A DNA stretch of 64,000 nucleotides from a virus. The translations under genes were made by a program, and so were the position numbers. Location of the stretch: the IMG/VR virus record IMGVR_UViG_3300042508_000665, positions 4,614 through 68,613 of that record. One strand, written 5' to 3'. The number at the start of each line of letters is the position of its first letter. The stretch's first letter is position 1. Under the pieces are notes generated by a model. The model had not been told where the DNA came from. It saw nothing but the letters and a program-made list of their open reading frames with translations, and ran no database searches. Below, in pieces: positions 27,402 to 37,385 of the stretch.

Positions 27402-28049
27402 TTAACGTGTGCAACTGACATGATAATTCACCGGAAACTCAATACCGGAAAATCTAATCATGTTTTTTTCCGGAAAAAATGCCAACTTGTAACCAATATC
27501 GAGCATACTTAAGGCGCTAATGCTAAATCTGACGTCGCCCTTTTCAATTGGCACGTTTAGTTCGATTGTGTAGGTATGATTGTGTGATGCCTTCTTATCG
27601 TGCAAAACTAACTTACCCGAATCACCAGCTTCGACATTTACGTCATTAATGCCTAAATATCCGGCCATCTTGAACATGTTTTTGATTTCAGAGACTGGAA
27701 GATCAACCTCAAAGGATGGTGAATTAAGATTGATCTTCTTTTGATACACATCATCCACAATCTGTAAATTAGCATATCGAAACACAACAGAATTGTGACC
27801 GTTAGAAATGAATAAATGGTCATCCCTAAAGTCAATGTCAGCATCTCTCACAACAGTAAGCACTTGTAAAAGTTCCCTGACGCTGAATACGGCAAACTTA
27901 TTTGGAATTACATCTTCTATTTGTGCAGTCATATATACTGACTTGTCACTCGAAAGACTTTTAATTTCATTTCCGGGATAAAAGAGTATCGAATCGTTAA
28001 GATTCTTAAAGTTGTTCAATACAGAAAGGGTGCTCTCAGAAAGCTTCAT
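27402..28049 (-). CDS. gp45: sliding clamp
   Basis: MKLSESTL.VL.NF..LN.SILF; synteny. Confidence 0.9.
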   Translation of the reverse strand: MKLSESTLSVLNNFKNLNDSILFYPGNEIKSLSSDKSVYMTAQIEDVIPNKFAVFSVRELLQVLTVVRDADIDFRDDHLFISNGHNSVVFRYANLQIVDDVYQKKINLNSPSFEVDLPVSEIKNMFKMAGYLGINDVNVEAGDSGKLVLHDKKASHNHTYTIELNVPIEKGDVRFSISALSMLDIGYKLAFFPEKNMIRFSGIEFPVNYHVSCTR

Positions 28050-28126
28050 AATTCACCTGTAATAAAATAGTTCTTGAGACTACAGGTGTAGTTTTTCACA
28101 ACTTATATGCTATGGTGCATTACCTT

Positions 28127-30136
28127 CTATGATGAGGCTGTAGTGAAGTTATTTTTTTTCTGAAAATGAAGCATGCGATCAAAACTATCACTTAAGCCTT
28201 CCTTATGAGAAATCACAACAATATTGAAGGACTGAAATTCATCGCCCTTCATGAGACCTAAAATAGTTTCAGTTGTGGTCTGATCTAAATATGAATCTAA
28301 CACTTCATCTAATACTAAGAGATTAGTGTTGACTGCGGATTGAGCTTGTGCAAGATGCCTCCACGCCATCAGTATTGCCAAATCAAGCCTTTGTCGCTCT
28401 CCTTCTGAGTAATTTGCATAAGAAAGTATGTCTCGATGTCTGGATTTGATGGTGTCGTTAAAGTCCCCGTCAAGTTCAAACGAGACAAACATTCCCATCT
28501 TTTCCAAATATTGATTGATGTAGCGATTAAGGGTTGGGACGTATCTTTTTAATATCTCCGACTTAACACCATCATCTTTGATGATTGTCTGCGCTTCTCT
28601 GAGTAGCTTTAACTTCTTAGCTGAAACATTAATGGCGTTAATTACCCTCTCGATCTCTACTTGAAGTCTCTGTATTTCCTGTGTGTTATCAAGGATTGGG
28701 TTATTCTTTTTTTCCTCAATTGAAATCTTTATGAATTTAGCTTCAGTAATAATTTGCGTTATTAGAGCTTTATTTTCATCAACTGCTTTTTTTTGCACTG
28801 CGATTGTTTTTTCAAATTCGTCCTTTTTTTGCTGAATTAGAATGTTTGTTCTTTTTATTGCTTCGTCATGTGCCCTTCTGCGCTCCTCGAACTTACGAAG
28901 CTTATCTTCAAATGAGCGACGACGGCTTTCGAATGCTAACAAGCGGGCTTCATATTCACTTTTTCGCTTAGTAAATCTCTCTTTAGCTTCGTTAAAAGCC
29001 TTTTTTTTCTTTTGAATGGATTCAGCCTTTACTTTTATTTCATCTATCCGTTTGTTGCTAACGGTGATGGAGCGTTCTAAGTCGTTCTTCTCGGAGCGTA
29101 GGTCTGAAATGGCTTTATTCTTGAACGAATCATCTATGGACTGAGAGCATGTCGGACACTCGCTATGTTCTTTATAAAACTTTAAGTGCGTTTCAATATG
29201 ATGTAGCTTTTCAGTCGCTGCCTTAATCTCAGCGATGCAAGTTGCTTTTTCACTTACTAGCTCGCTCACATCAAACTGAGTCGAATCAATCTCCTCGAAT
29301 ACTTCATCGAATGTTTCCGTAAATTCCTCTGTAAACGATTCATCGAATACCTCGGTGAATTCGGGAACGTCGACATTGGGATTAAACGATTCAGTTAAAA
29401 TCTCAATTTGCTGTTCTTGTTTGAGAATTGACAAATCTATATCCTTTTTCCGATTTCGCAAGTCTATAAGCTTGTCTGTTAATGTTTGTATTTCCTCTTG
29501 CCTCTTCGCGTCAAGGCTTTTTTGCTGTTGTATCAAATATTCCTGCTGACGGACTAGCGTGTCGCGAGCATCAACGGAACCCTTGTACTGTAGAGTTTCG
29601 TCCGATATTTTGGTTTTGATAAGACCATTCATGGTTGAGAACACATCGATACCTAAGATGTTTTCTACCATTTTTTTCCGTTCACTTGGCTTTAAACGCA
29701 TGAATGGGGTATAATTAGCCGCGCCCAACATAACCACATGCGTGAATATCTTCCAGTTCATTTTTAATATCTGGTCTTCTAGATATTTCTGCTGATCTTT
29801 TATGTGAGCTTCCTGATTTAACGCTTCCCCATTTAATATTATTTCAAAGATATTAGGTTTAAGGCCGCGAATAATTTTGTACTTTTCATCACCGACCGAG
29901 AAGCTAATTTCAACCAACAAGCCTTTGCCATTAATGGTATTGATTAAATCAGTCTTATTGATATCGCGAAATGCTCGACCAAATAGAACAAAAGATAGGG
30001 CGTCTAAAAAAAGGCTTTTACCAGAGCCGGATGGACCATAAAGTGCTGTTAATCGATGTGAGCAGAGGTCTAGAGTTAGGGGAGCCTGTCCTACGGAAAG
30101 AATGTTCTTATATGATATTGATTGAAATCTAATCAT
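28127..30136 (-). CDS. gp46: recombination ATPase (Rad50/SbcC-like)
   Basis: GSGKS, CPTC zinc hook, SEGE, LVLDE. Confidence 0.94.
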   Translation of the reverse strand: MIRFQSISYKNILSVGQAPLTLDLCSHRLTALYGPSGSGKSLFLDALSFVLFGRAFRDINKTDLINTINGKGLLVEISFSVGDEKYKIIRGLKPNIFEIILNGEALNQEAHIKDQQKYLEDQILKMNWKIFTHVVMLGAANYTPFMRLKPSERKKMVENILGIDVFSTMNGLIKTKISDETLQYKGSVDARDTLVRQQEYLIQQQKSLDAKRQEEIQTLTDKLIDLRNRKKDIDLSILKQEQQIEILTESFNPNVDVPEFTEVFDESFTEEFTETFDEVFEEIDSTQFDVSELVSEKATCIAEIKAATEKLHHIETHLKFYKEHSECPTCSQSIDDSFKNKAISDLRSEKNDLERSITVSNKRIDEIKVKAESIQKKKKAFNEAKERFTKRKSEYEARLLAFESRRRSFEDKLRKFEERRRAHDEAIKRTNILIQQKKDEFEKTIAVQKKAVDENKALITQIITEAKFIKISIEEKKNNPILDNTQEIQRLQVEIERVINAINVSAKKLKLLREAQTIIKDDGVKSEILKRYVPTLNRYINQYLEKMGMFVSFELDGDFNDTIKSRHRDILSYANYSEGERQRLDLAILMAWRHLAQAQSAVNTNLLVLDEVLDSYLDQTTTETILGLMKGDEFQSFNIVVISHKEGLSDSFDRMLHFQKKNNFTTASS

Positions 30137-31179
30137 TCACTTATACCATGTAAGTTTACAGCTTCCTGATATAATTCTCGCAATACTGACTTTAAATCAG
30201 ATTTTGAACTCTCGAAGTTAAGTGAGTCTACGTATATATCCATCAGCGAGAATATGTCTAAGTTATCATCGATTTTACCATCCAGCGTCGACACAGACTG
30301 TTGTTCGCTTACGTTAATCTCCGCTGGTCCTTGCTTCTCTAGTGCTTCCAGGTACTCTAGAAACTGATTCTGGCTTGCTTTTTCCTTCACCAACACTCGG
30401 ACAATCTTATTCCGAACGTCTGGAGCACTATCAAGTGTGTTATTCTGATAATCTATATGTACAAACGGGGTGTGTGGATTTTCTATAAATGTAATCTTTC
30501 GAGTCTTTGTGTCGAAAATGTGAAATCCTTTACGATCAAACGCCTCAGCCCATGTAGTTGCATAAGGAGAACCAAGGTAGTCAATATTTTTTTGATTGCT
30601 TTTTATGTGGAAGTGGCCGGAAAAAACCCTTTCAAATCGGGAGAACACCGAAGGGTCGAATCCCCTATCAATGTTTTCGATGCCTCTAAACATTAGAGAA
30701 CCTATTACTTCGAGGTGTCCAAATACTAATTTAGCCTCAGATTCCTCTAGTAGTTTCTTTGAACGCTCTTCATTCTCATCGCATATCCAAGGTAGGATGA
30801 GCGTTGGAACCCCGTAGAAATCAATCTCTTGTGGGTGTGAATAGAATATAAATGGACTGTAGTGAGAGAGTAACTTTTCTGGTGTGTTGACCTTGTTGGT
30901 ATTTTTAAAATATGTATCATGATTGCCAATGATGATGTGAACCGTCTCAAATAAATCTGCCCATCTAGCAAATACCTTTCTATCCCACTCGTATATTGAG
31001 TAATTGTTAGTATCCTTTCTTCTATCAAAAACATCCCCCAGATGGAGCATATGCTTAATATTCTCTCGCTCGACGTACGGGAAGAGTATCTCTTCAAAAA
31101 ACTTAAATTGATTGGACATGAACACGGGCGAGTTATTTCTCACTCCGGCATGAGTGTCAGCCAATATACAAACCTTCAT
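30133..31179 (-). CDS. gp47: recombination nuclease (Mre11/SbcD-like)
   Basis: DTHAG, GDVFD, GNHD, GHLE, SGHFH. Confidence 0.94.
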   Translation of the reverse strand: MKVCILADTHAGVRNNSPVFMSNQFKFFEEILFPYVERENIKHMLHLGDVFDRRKDTNNYSIYEWDRKVFARWADLFETVHIIIGNHDTYFKNTNKVNTPEKLLSHYSPFIFYSHPQEIDFYGVPTLILPWICDENEERSKKLLEESEAKLVFGHLEVIGSLMFRGIENIDRGFDPSVFSRFERVFSGHFHIKSNQKNIDYLGSPYATTWAEAFDRKGFHIFDTKTRKITFIENPHTPFVHIDYQNNTLDSAPDVRNKIVRVLVKEKASQNQFLEYLEALEKQGPAEINVSEQQSVSTLDGKIDDNLDIFSLMDIYVDSLNFESSKSDLKSVLRELYQEAVNLHGISE

Positions 31180-31223
31180 TGTTATTTTCTCACAATCTCA
31201 ACCAACTGCGACGATATATCTCT

Positions 31224-31904
31224 CTAGACTGAATCACGCATATTCAATTCTTGTTTCTCTAGGTCACCGTCCCCTCCATCTAAGACATCTACATTATCTT
31301 GATTTGACGTATCGCTATCATCAAATTGAATTTTTCCTAAATTAACCTTCTTCCTTTGTTTATTTTTTTCGCGCTTCTCCGCCAGACGTCTCTCAAATTT
31401 CTCACAGAACTCACGCATTTGAATGTCACTATATTTTGTGCCGTATATCTGAGCACCCTCCCCGCATATCTCCCCGCACATTTCTTTTTGCCTTTCCATA
31501 ATAGCTTTGAATTTTCTATACAAAGCTGTGTGCTCCCGTAAGATGCGCTGTATAAACGAGTAATGAACAATTTGGGTAAAATAAGGGAACGCTGTAGGTC
31601 TTTTTGGGTCAAAATTATGGAGATTCTTGAAGCAGCATAAAATTGCATCTCCAATCATATCTTCGATAAAGGGATACTGTGAAAATCCAGGCTTTCTTGC
31701 TATTTTTCTCGCAAGAATCATTAAGCTTTGTGCAACATAATCGGAGACTATCGGCTTTGGTAGATCATTAGCTTCTGCGTCTTTCACTGATTGCTTATAC
31801 TCAGAAAGAGCTTTATGGAATTTTTTATCATCGATATAATGGCGATCAATGTTTGCCTTTCTTTTGGCTTTTACTTTTATTTTTGGGAATGTCTTTGGTG
31901 TCAT
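31224..31904 (-). CDS. gp55: late-transcription sigma factor
   Basis: HYIDDKKF, P.FSQY.F.EDMIGD, NFDP, AFPYFTQI. Confidence 0.92.
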   Translation of the reverse strand: MTPKTFPKIKVKAKRKANIDRHYIDDKKFHKALSEYKQSVKDAEANDLPKPIVSDYVAQSLMILARKIARKPGFSQYPFIEDMIGDAILCCFKNLHNFDPKRPTAFPYFTQIVHYSFIQRILREHTALYRKFKAIMERQKEMCGEICGEGAQIYGTKYSDIQMREFCEKFERRLAEKREKNKQRKKVNLGKIQFDDSDTSNQDNVDVLDGGDGDLEKQELNMRDSV

Positions 31905-31941
31905 GTCTTCTCTTGTGCTTTATATTTATTTCTGTTCCAAT

Positions 31942-32268
31942 TTATACTCTGTCATGCTCGTAGTGCTTCCATGACCAACCTATTCTTTTCATTTCCGTTT
32001 CTACTCTCGCGGAAACTATTCCTTCCCCGCCACTACAATAATAATCGAGGTAATCTTCACCCCTTCCAGTAAGGTTTGCTACAACTCCCCCAGCGTATCT
32101 CCAGCTTGCCGTGAATTGGTTTCTATTCGGTGAAGTCCAGATTACGTTGCACAAAGCGCAATACATTTCATGAGCAAACGACGCATCCTCTTGGATGAGT
32201 GTGTTAAGTTTTTCATCGGCAATAATATCGCCTTCCAAATCTGAGATAACGTCACTAACATTGTTCAT
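31942..32268 (-). CDS. hypothetical protein
   Basis: Y.ALCN..W...SWR.AGG.VA....G.DYLDYYCSG phage family. Confidence 0.7.
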   Translation of the reverse strand: MNNVSDVISDLEGDIIADEKLNTLIQEDASFAHEMYCALCNVIWTSPNRNQFTASWRYAGGVVANLTGRGEDYLDYYCSGGEGIVSARVETEMKRIGWSWKHYEHDRV

Positions 32269-33734
32269 TTCAGATTTACCTTTACTATGCTGTAGTTAAA
32301 TCTCTCTTCTTGGTATATTTTCATTCTTTCACTCGCATGCCGAAGTGAATAATTTGTCCACGATTTCCATGTTAGATCATCGCAGATGTCAAATACGCAT
32401 ATCTTGTTGGAACGTCCTATTCTTAATCCTCTACCAATTCCCTGAAGGGTTGTAATTTTAGCTTTTAATCCAAAGGCGAAAATTAGGTTTTCCAAATTTT
32501 TAATATTAATACCGCGAGAAAACGTCCCAAGGGATGCTACTATGATGACACCATCACTTTTCTCTGCAACATTCACTATTTCTAGTCTCTCGTCTTTCGG
32601 AACCCCACCATGCACTAGAAAGATTTTGCGATTTAATTGTTTTTGTTCATTTTCAAGTTTTAACTGTTCAAATATTTTCTTACCGTGGTTCTCTACTCGC
32701 TGAAATAAAATTAATGTATTACCCGGACACCGGAGGGCAAGCTTAGTTAAAAACTCCATTCGGGGAGCAGATGACAGCAGAAATTCAACTTCTTCCTGAT
32801 AAATCTTTTTGGCGTTTTGCTTTCGTATCTCTTCTGGGTATTGGAGAATGACTTGTTTTAGAGATAAATCTGCCAATAGACCCTGATCGATAAGTTCGGC
32901 AGTACGGCTAACACGGTGAACATCTCCAAATAGACCTCTTAAAATCATTTCATTTGTAAACGTGCCATCTAGAGTTCCAGTAAACCCATAGCGATATTGC
33001 GAATTCTTACACTTTTCTATCAACTGCCTGAGTTTTTCTGCCTTATCTTCGTGACATTCATCGGCGATAACCAACTCAAAATTGTTAAAATATTCTACTG
33101 GAAGTTTGTATATGGATTGCCAGGTGGATATGACTATCTGCTTGGTGACTTCTTTTGTTTGTCCTCCGTGTATCTGCTGAACCATCCCATCGACGTCAAA
33201 GGAAGGATCGTCGGATGAGTAATCCTTAAAATCCCCATGCATTTGCCCGACAAGCTGAATGGATGGCACAATTAAGAGAGTTGGCTTATTGATTAAGCGT
33301 ATAAGTGCGTAAATCGACAGGCTTTTGCCACTTCCGGTTGATGATAGGAACAATGCCTTCTTTTTCTTGGAAGCAATGTGCACAATTTCTTTTTGATAAT
33401 CTCTTAGTTCATATTTTGATTTGAAAGATTTGAGAAACTCGTCGGCGTTTAATGCTGCGCTAGAATAAATGTCCTCTAGGTTTACGTTGACTTCTAATTC
33501 GTGATTTTTTGCAAATTCTAGTACCTTAGTGGTCAAGCCAAGATAAGTACTACTTGTTTTTAAATCATATAGAGAAACCCTCCCATCCCAAATTCCAAAT
33601 TTGTATTTAGGCATGTGTCTAAAATTTGGAACAAAAAAAGAAAACGCCTCTTTAAGCTGTTGCCGTATAGCTCCGGAGGTAGCAACAACTCGGATTCTTA
33701 CTTCATCTATTTTTTGAATTACAATATCTGCCAT
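32265..33734 (-). CDS. uvsW: SF2 DNA helicase
   Basis: WDGR, RDYQ, TGSGKS, STWQS, DECH, GFTGT, QGIGRGLR. Confidence 0.95.
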   Translation of the reverse strand: MADIVIQKIDEVRIRVVATSGAIRQQLKEAFSFFVPNFRHMPKYKFGIWDGRVSLYDLKTSSTYLGLTTKVLEFAKNHELEVNVNLEDIYSSAALNADEFLKSFKSKYELRDYQKEIVHIASKKKKALFLSSTGSGKSLSIYALIRLINKPTLLIVPSIQLVGQMHGDFKDYSSDDPSFDVDGMVQQIHGGQTKEVTKQIVISTWQSIYKLPVEYFNNFELVIADECHEDKAEKLRQLIEKCKNSQYRYGFTGTLDGTFTNEMILRGLFGDVHRVSRTAELIDQGLLADLSLKQVILQYPEEIRKQNAKKIYQEEVEFLLSSAPRMEFLTKLALRCPGNTLILFQRVENHGKKIFEQLKLENEQKQLNRKIFLVHGGVPKDERLEIVNVAEKSDGVIIVASLGTFSRGINIKNLENLIFAFGLKAKITTLQGIGRGLRIGRSNKICVFDICDDLTWKSWTNYSLRHASERMKIYQEERFNYSIVKVNLK

Positions 33735-33795
33735 TCTGGAAGAATAGTTGATTTGTAATTTTCTAGGGCATTACCAAAACGCTAAATATGGTGAT

Positions 33796-34356
33796 ATGAA
33801 ACAATTAAACTTCCAGAACGAGCTTCATTTTAATTTCCAAATACAAAAGTTGGCGACTTTGCCACTGTTTGTACAATCGGTGATTTTGCCTGGAATTTTC
33901 ACGGAAGCTCCCCAAACGGGAACTCAATTTGCGCCGATTAAACACGTGGGAGATACACTCTTTTTTCAAGATCTAAGTGTTACTCTTAAGCTCGATGAAG
34001 GTATGGAGACTTGGTTTGAGATGTATAAGTGGCTTACTGGGATTACTAGAGCGGAATCATATCAGCAATTTATAGAGCTGATTAACGATCAGGGCAAAAG
34101 TTTAGACGGTTCCAGAAAACTATTTAAAGCCAAAGAGCCTGATGCTACTAAAAAAGGATATAAAAATATTAAATCAACTGCTTCGCTTAGTGTCCACGAC
34201 GCCAATCATATTCAATACATAGAAATTATCTTCGCTAATTTGCACCCCATTAGCATGAGTGGATTAAATTTCCGTACAGATGAATCTGGAGTGGGCTTCA
34301 TCACATATGATGTCAATTTTGCATACGATTTTTATTATCCAAAACTTGCACGATAA
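33796..34356 (+). CDS. gp3: tail completion/sheath stabiliser
   Basis: F.Q...LPG, GD.L.F.DL...LDE....W.E.Y.W, F..L.P.S.SGL.F. Confidence 0.8.
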   Translation: MKQLNFQNELHFNFQIQKLATLPLFVQSVILPGIFTEAPQTGTQFAPIKHVGDTLFFQDLSVTLKLDEGMETWFEMYKWLTGITRAESYQQFIELINDQGKSLDGSRKLFKAKEPDATKKGYKNIKSTASLSVHDANHIQYIEIIFANLHPISMSGLNFRTDESGVGFITYDVNFAYDFYYPKLAR

Positions 34357-34438
34357 GCCGAAAAGGTAATGTGCCATAGGACTACGTTTCTGCTTCTCTA
34401 TAAGAGGGCAAGTGTGTTTGTTGCTATTGTAGGTAAAC

Positions 34439-34876
34439 ATGAAATATGAAGACCTCGTACAGATGTGGGAAATCGACGCTAAACTTGATTCGGATAACCT
34501 GGATCGAGAATCGCTAAGAATTCCGCTATTACAGGGCAAATATTTCAACTTATATTGCCGAGAGAGGGCATCTTTAGCCAAATTAAATTTAGAATTAAAT
34601 CAATTAAAGAGATGGAAGCGTGATTATTATTTGGGCGAAATCTCACCAGAGGAACTCACTGAAAAAGGAATTCCCGTTTTTGCTAGACGTCTCGTGAAAT
34701 CTGAAGTTGATACGTATGTCGACACAGATTCAGATATAATTACGTTTTTAGAAAGGCTCGTTGTAGTGCAAACGAAAGTTGATTTTTTAAATCTAATTGT
34801 AAAAAGTATCAATGACCGCCAATGGAATGTGAGAAATGCGATTGAATTTTTAAAATTTAAAAATGGGATCTCATGA
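34439..34876 (+). CDS. uvsY: recombination mediator
   Basis: W..D.KLD..NLD.ES..IP.L..KY, YY.G, R.WNV.NAIEF.KF..G. Confidence 0.92.
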   Translation: MKYEDLVQMWEIDAKLDSDNLDRESLRIPLLQGKYFNLYCRERASLAKLNLELNQLKRWKRDYYLGEISPEELTEKGIPVFARRLVKSEVDTYVDTDSDIITFLERLVVVQTKVDFLNLIVKSINDRQWNVRNAIEFLKFKNGIS

Positions 34877-35355
34877 GTAGTTCTTTTAAATCTCCCGAAG
34901 ATTGGTACTTGTATTATGTGGCTAGTCCATATTCACATCCAAGTATTGAAGTTAGAAAGGAACGCTATAAACTTGCTGTTGTAGTGGCTAAAACTCTTAC
35001 ACGATTAGGATATTCCGCTTTCGTTCCTATCGCATACGATGGCCTTTGGGATCTTGATCCGAATTATACCGTCGACCACTCATGGTCTTTTTGGGAGCGA
35101 ATAGATATTCCAATATTAGATAGATGCTCTGCTCTTATTTTATTTGAGATTCCAGGTTGGGAAACGAGCAAAGGAGTAACCGAGGAGCTTAAATACTGCG
35201 AAAAAGTGGGAATTCCTGTAATGCCATTATCGCTTTTTGATTTAAACAGCGATGCTGTAATAAATAGAAAAATGTCGCTATTAAAGGGGATGATTCGCCT
35301 TAGTAGTCGAAGTGTTCGTCCTCAATTCAGCCCTACCGTGAGAAGCAATGAATAG
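34873..35355 (+). CDS. DUF1937/nucleoside deoxyribosyltransferase-like protein
   Basis: YVASPYSHP, W...D...L..C, GW..SKGV..E. Confidence 0.75.
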   Translation: MSSSFKSPEDWYLYYVASPYSHPSIEVRKERYKLAVVVAKTLTRLGYSAFVPIAYDGLWDLDPNYTVDHSWSFWERIDIPILDRCSALILFEIPGWETSKGVTEELKYCEKVGIPVMPLSLFDLNSDAVINRKMSLLKGMIRLSSRSVRPQFSPTVRSNE

Positions 35356-36682
35356 TTATCCTCCAATCCAAGTACTACAGAGGAATGTCGATACTATGTC
35401 TGAACTTTCCGAAGTAGAGAAATCCTTTTCAAACTACTCTTATGATAGATGTGACGTACCCTTTGATCTTTGCGAAGGGCGCAAGTTCACTCGCGATCTC
35501 GACTATGGCTCATATCCATTTACTATCTCAAATGGAAATCCCATAGGATACACCTTTCCTGGAGATAAGTCTGCAAAATACAAAGCTGGAAATAGGTTCT
35601 TTGAATTTAAGCACGCTCGAAATAAAAAGAAAAATTATCAACCATGTTACCCAAGATTACACTTTTGGACTCGTAAGTGGGCGCGTCAATTTGTTGTTTG
35701 CGTCGATTTTGACCAACTTAGTACTCAAAATTATAGAAGAGTTCGAATGTGGGGTGTGTCGGCGACTGAAGAACATGGTCATACTCATAAAGTTTTTAGA
35801 CTAGGTTGCATTGAGCTTGCTAAAGAATATCAGGAAAAAATTGGCCACCATGGATTTGTTTACAACTCTCCCAAATCTGGGCGACCTAAAATATTGCTTC
35901 TCATAGAGTACCCTGAGCCTGTAAAAACACCAGCAACCAAGGATATAGTTAATTTATTTCAAAAATTATTTCCAGAGGAAATGGATAATGGATACATAGA
36001 CATAGAGCGTGGTGCGATGTCCTCTACCTTCTTCGACTGGAAACAGAAGGAACTTTTTGCAGATTCACTTCCACAGCTTGTACCTATAAAAATTGATAAA
36101 AATACCAAAGAGACGACTTTTAAGACAACAAACTCCGAATTCAAGTCAACGTCCGATTACAAATACTACAAAGCTTCTAAAATACCAAAGGAGCTTCGCT
36201 TTAAAGATAGTAATAAAACATTTGAAGAATTTCTAAAATGTCTATGCACGATGACTGGTCTAGTGCGTAATGGCTTCGGCATATCGCAGATTGTATTGGC
36301 TCGCACTTTAGAGATCGACCAGCCAAGTTGCTCAAGATATATCCGGAAAGCTATTAAATTGGGAATCCTTGAGGTAACCCATGAGCAGTACATACCCGGA
36401 CAGAGAGCAAAGATTTATAAAGCGAAAGGTGTTCTTAAGAGATTTTTATTATCTTGCATCCGGAATTCATCTCTCGTAAAGATTCCAAAGAAAATAAAAG
36501 ATGGCACATGGCACTCGACCTTATTGCATGTTGCTACGACATCTTTTAGATCGTCTCTGGGGCGTTTCATTCCGTGGGTTAAGACTTTGAAGGGGTATGA
36601 TCAGGGCGACCGTTTATATCAAGCTCAAACCATCGTCCAGTGGCTTATACGCAGGCACCCAGAACTAGCGTCCGGTTTATAA
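35348..36682 (+). CDS. putative replication initiator/primase-polymerase (AEP-like + winged HTH + PriCT-like)
   Basis: VCVDFD, SPKSGRPK, YID; ISQIVLARTLEIDQPSCSRYI...LGIL HTH; DGTWHSTLLHVA. Confidence 0.5.
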   Translation: MNSYPPIQVLQRNVDTMSELSEVEKSFSNYSYDRCDVPFDLCEGRKFTRDLDYGSYPFTISNGNPIGYTFPGDKSAKYKAGNRFFEFKHARNKKKNYQPCYPRLHFWTRKWARQFVVCVDFDQLSTQNYRRVRMWGVSATEEHGHTHKVFRLGCIELAKEYQEKIGHHGFVYNSPKSGRPKILLLIEYPEPVKTPATKDIVNLFQKLFPEEMDNGYIDIERGAMSSTFFDWKQKELFADSLPQLVPIKIDKNTKETTFKTTNSEFKSTSDYKYYKASKIPKELRFKDSNKTFEEFLKCLCTMTGLVRNGFGISQIVLARTLEIDQPSCSRYIRKAIKLGILEVTHEQYIPGQRAKIYKAKGVLKRFLLSCIRNSSLVKIPKKIKDGTWHSTLLHVATTSFRSSLGRFIPWVKTLKGYDQGDRLYQAQTIVQWLIRRHPELASGL

Positions 36683-37385
36683 TTTCACATTTCAGTAAAT
36701 ACAATTTTCTTCTTATTAACTAACAGGACGGGTCTATCTCGTATTACATATTTTTGCGATTAGACTAGTCTGAGATTGGCATTTCTTCTGTAGTTTTCAA
36801 ATTAGATTTAGCTTTCACTCTCAGATTAACTCACACATACACTAATTGAATTATCTTATATCGATTATTGAGAGTTTCATATCAGATCCTTACCATACTA
36901 TAAAAGCAGAATCAGATATGTGACACATCACGTGTCATGAATATATCAATATCAATTATTATTATACATTATAATAGATTTAATTCTGAAGTAATGAATG
37001 ATGTATTTGAACGATAGAAATAAACAAAACAAAGACGCTCGTAGAGCGTTAAAAAAAAAAAGAATTAAAGATTATTTCTCTGAATGTACATGTTCATTGA
37101 TATTGTATATTCATCCATCCATTCTTCTAATAACTATTTCCCGATTACGTTCTACATGTCTGTAGAACTAGGTATACAAAATTAAAGAAAGATTCAATCT
37201 ATTTGGAAGTTCGTAACCAAAGGTTTTTGGTTACTTAATATTTTTTTATAGTTTGGTAATGTCAGCGAGATAATATCATCGCGTAAGATTTATTTTATTG
37301 GAAGAAAAATAGATAAAACTAAAAAAAAAACAAACAAAGCAAAATAAATGTCAGTTGGCATGTTACTAAATATCGTAGTGTTGAT
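36683..37385. other. AT-rich non-coding region with multiple hairpins, candidate replication origin
   Basis: No listed ORF; inverted repeats at 36762, 36921, 37034, 37149, 37213 and 37265; poly-A runs. Confidence 0.5.

Noticed and set aside
36683-37385. CRISPR array or iteron array in the non-coding gap
   Set aside because: Hairpin sequences are unrelated and no direct repeats are visible.
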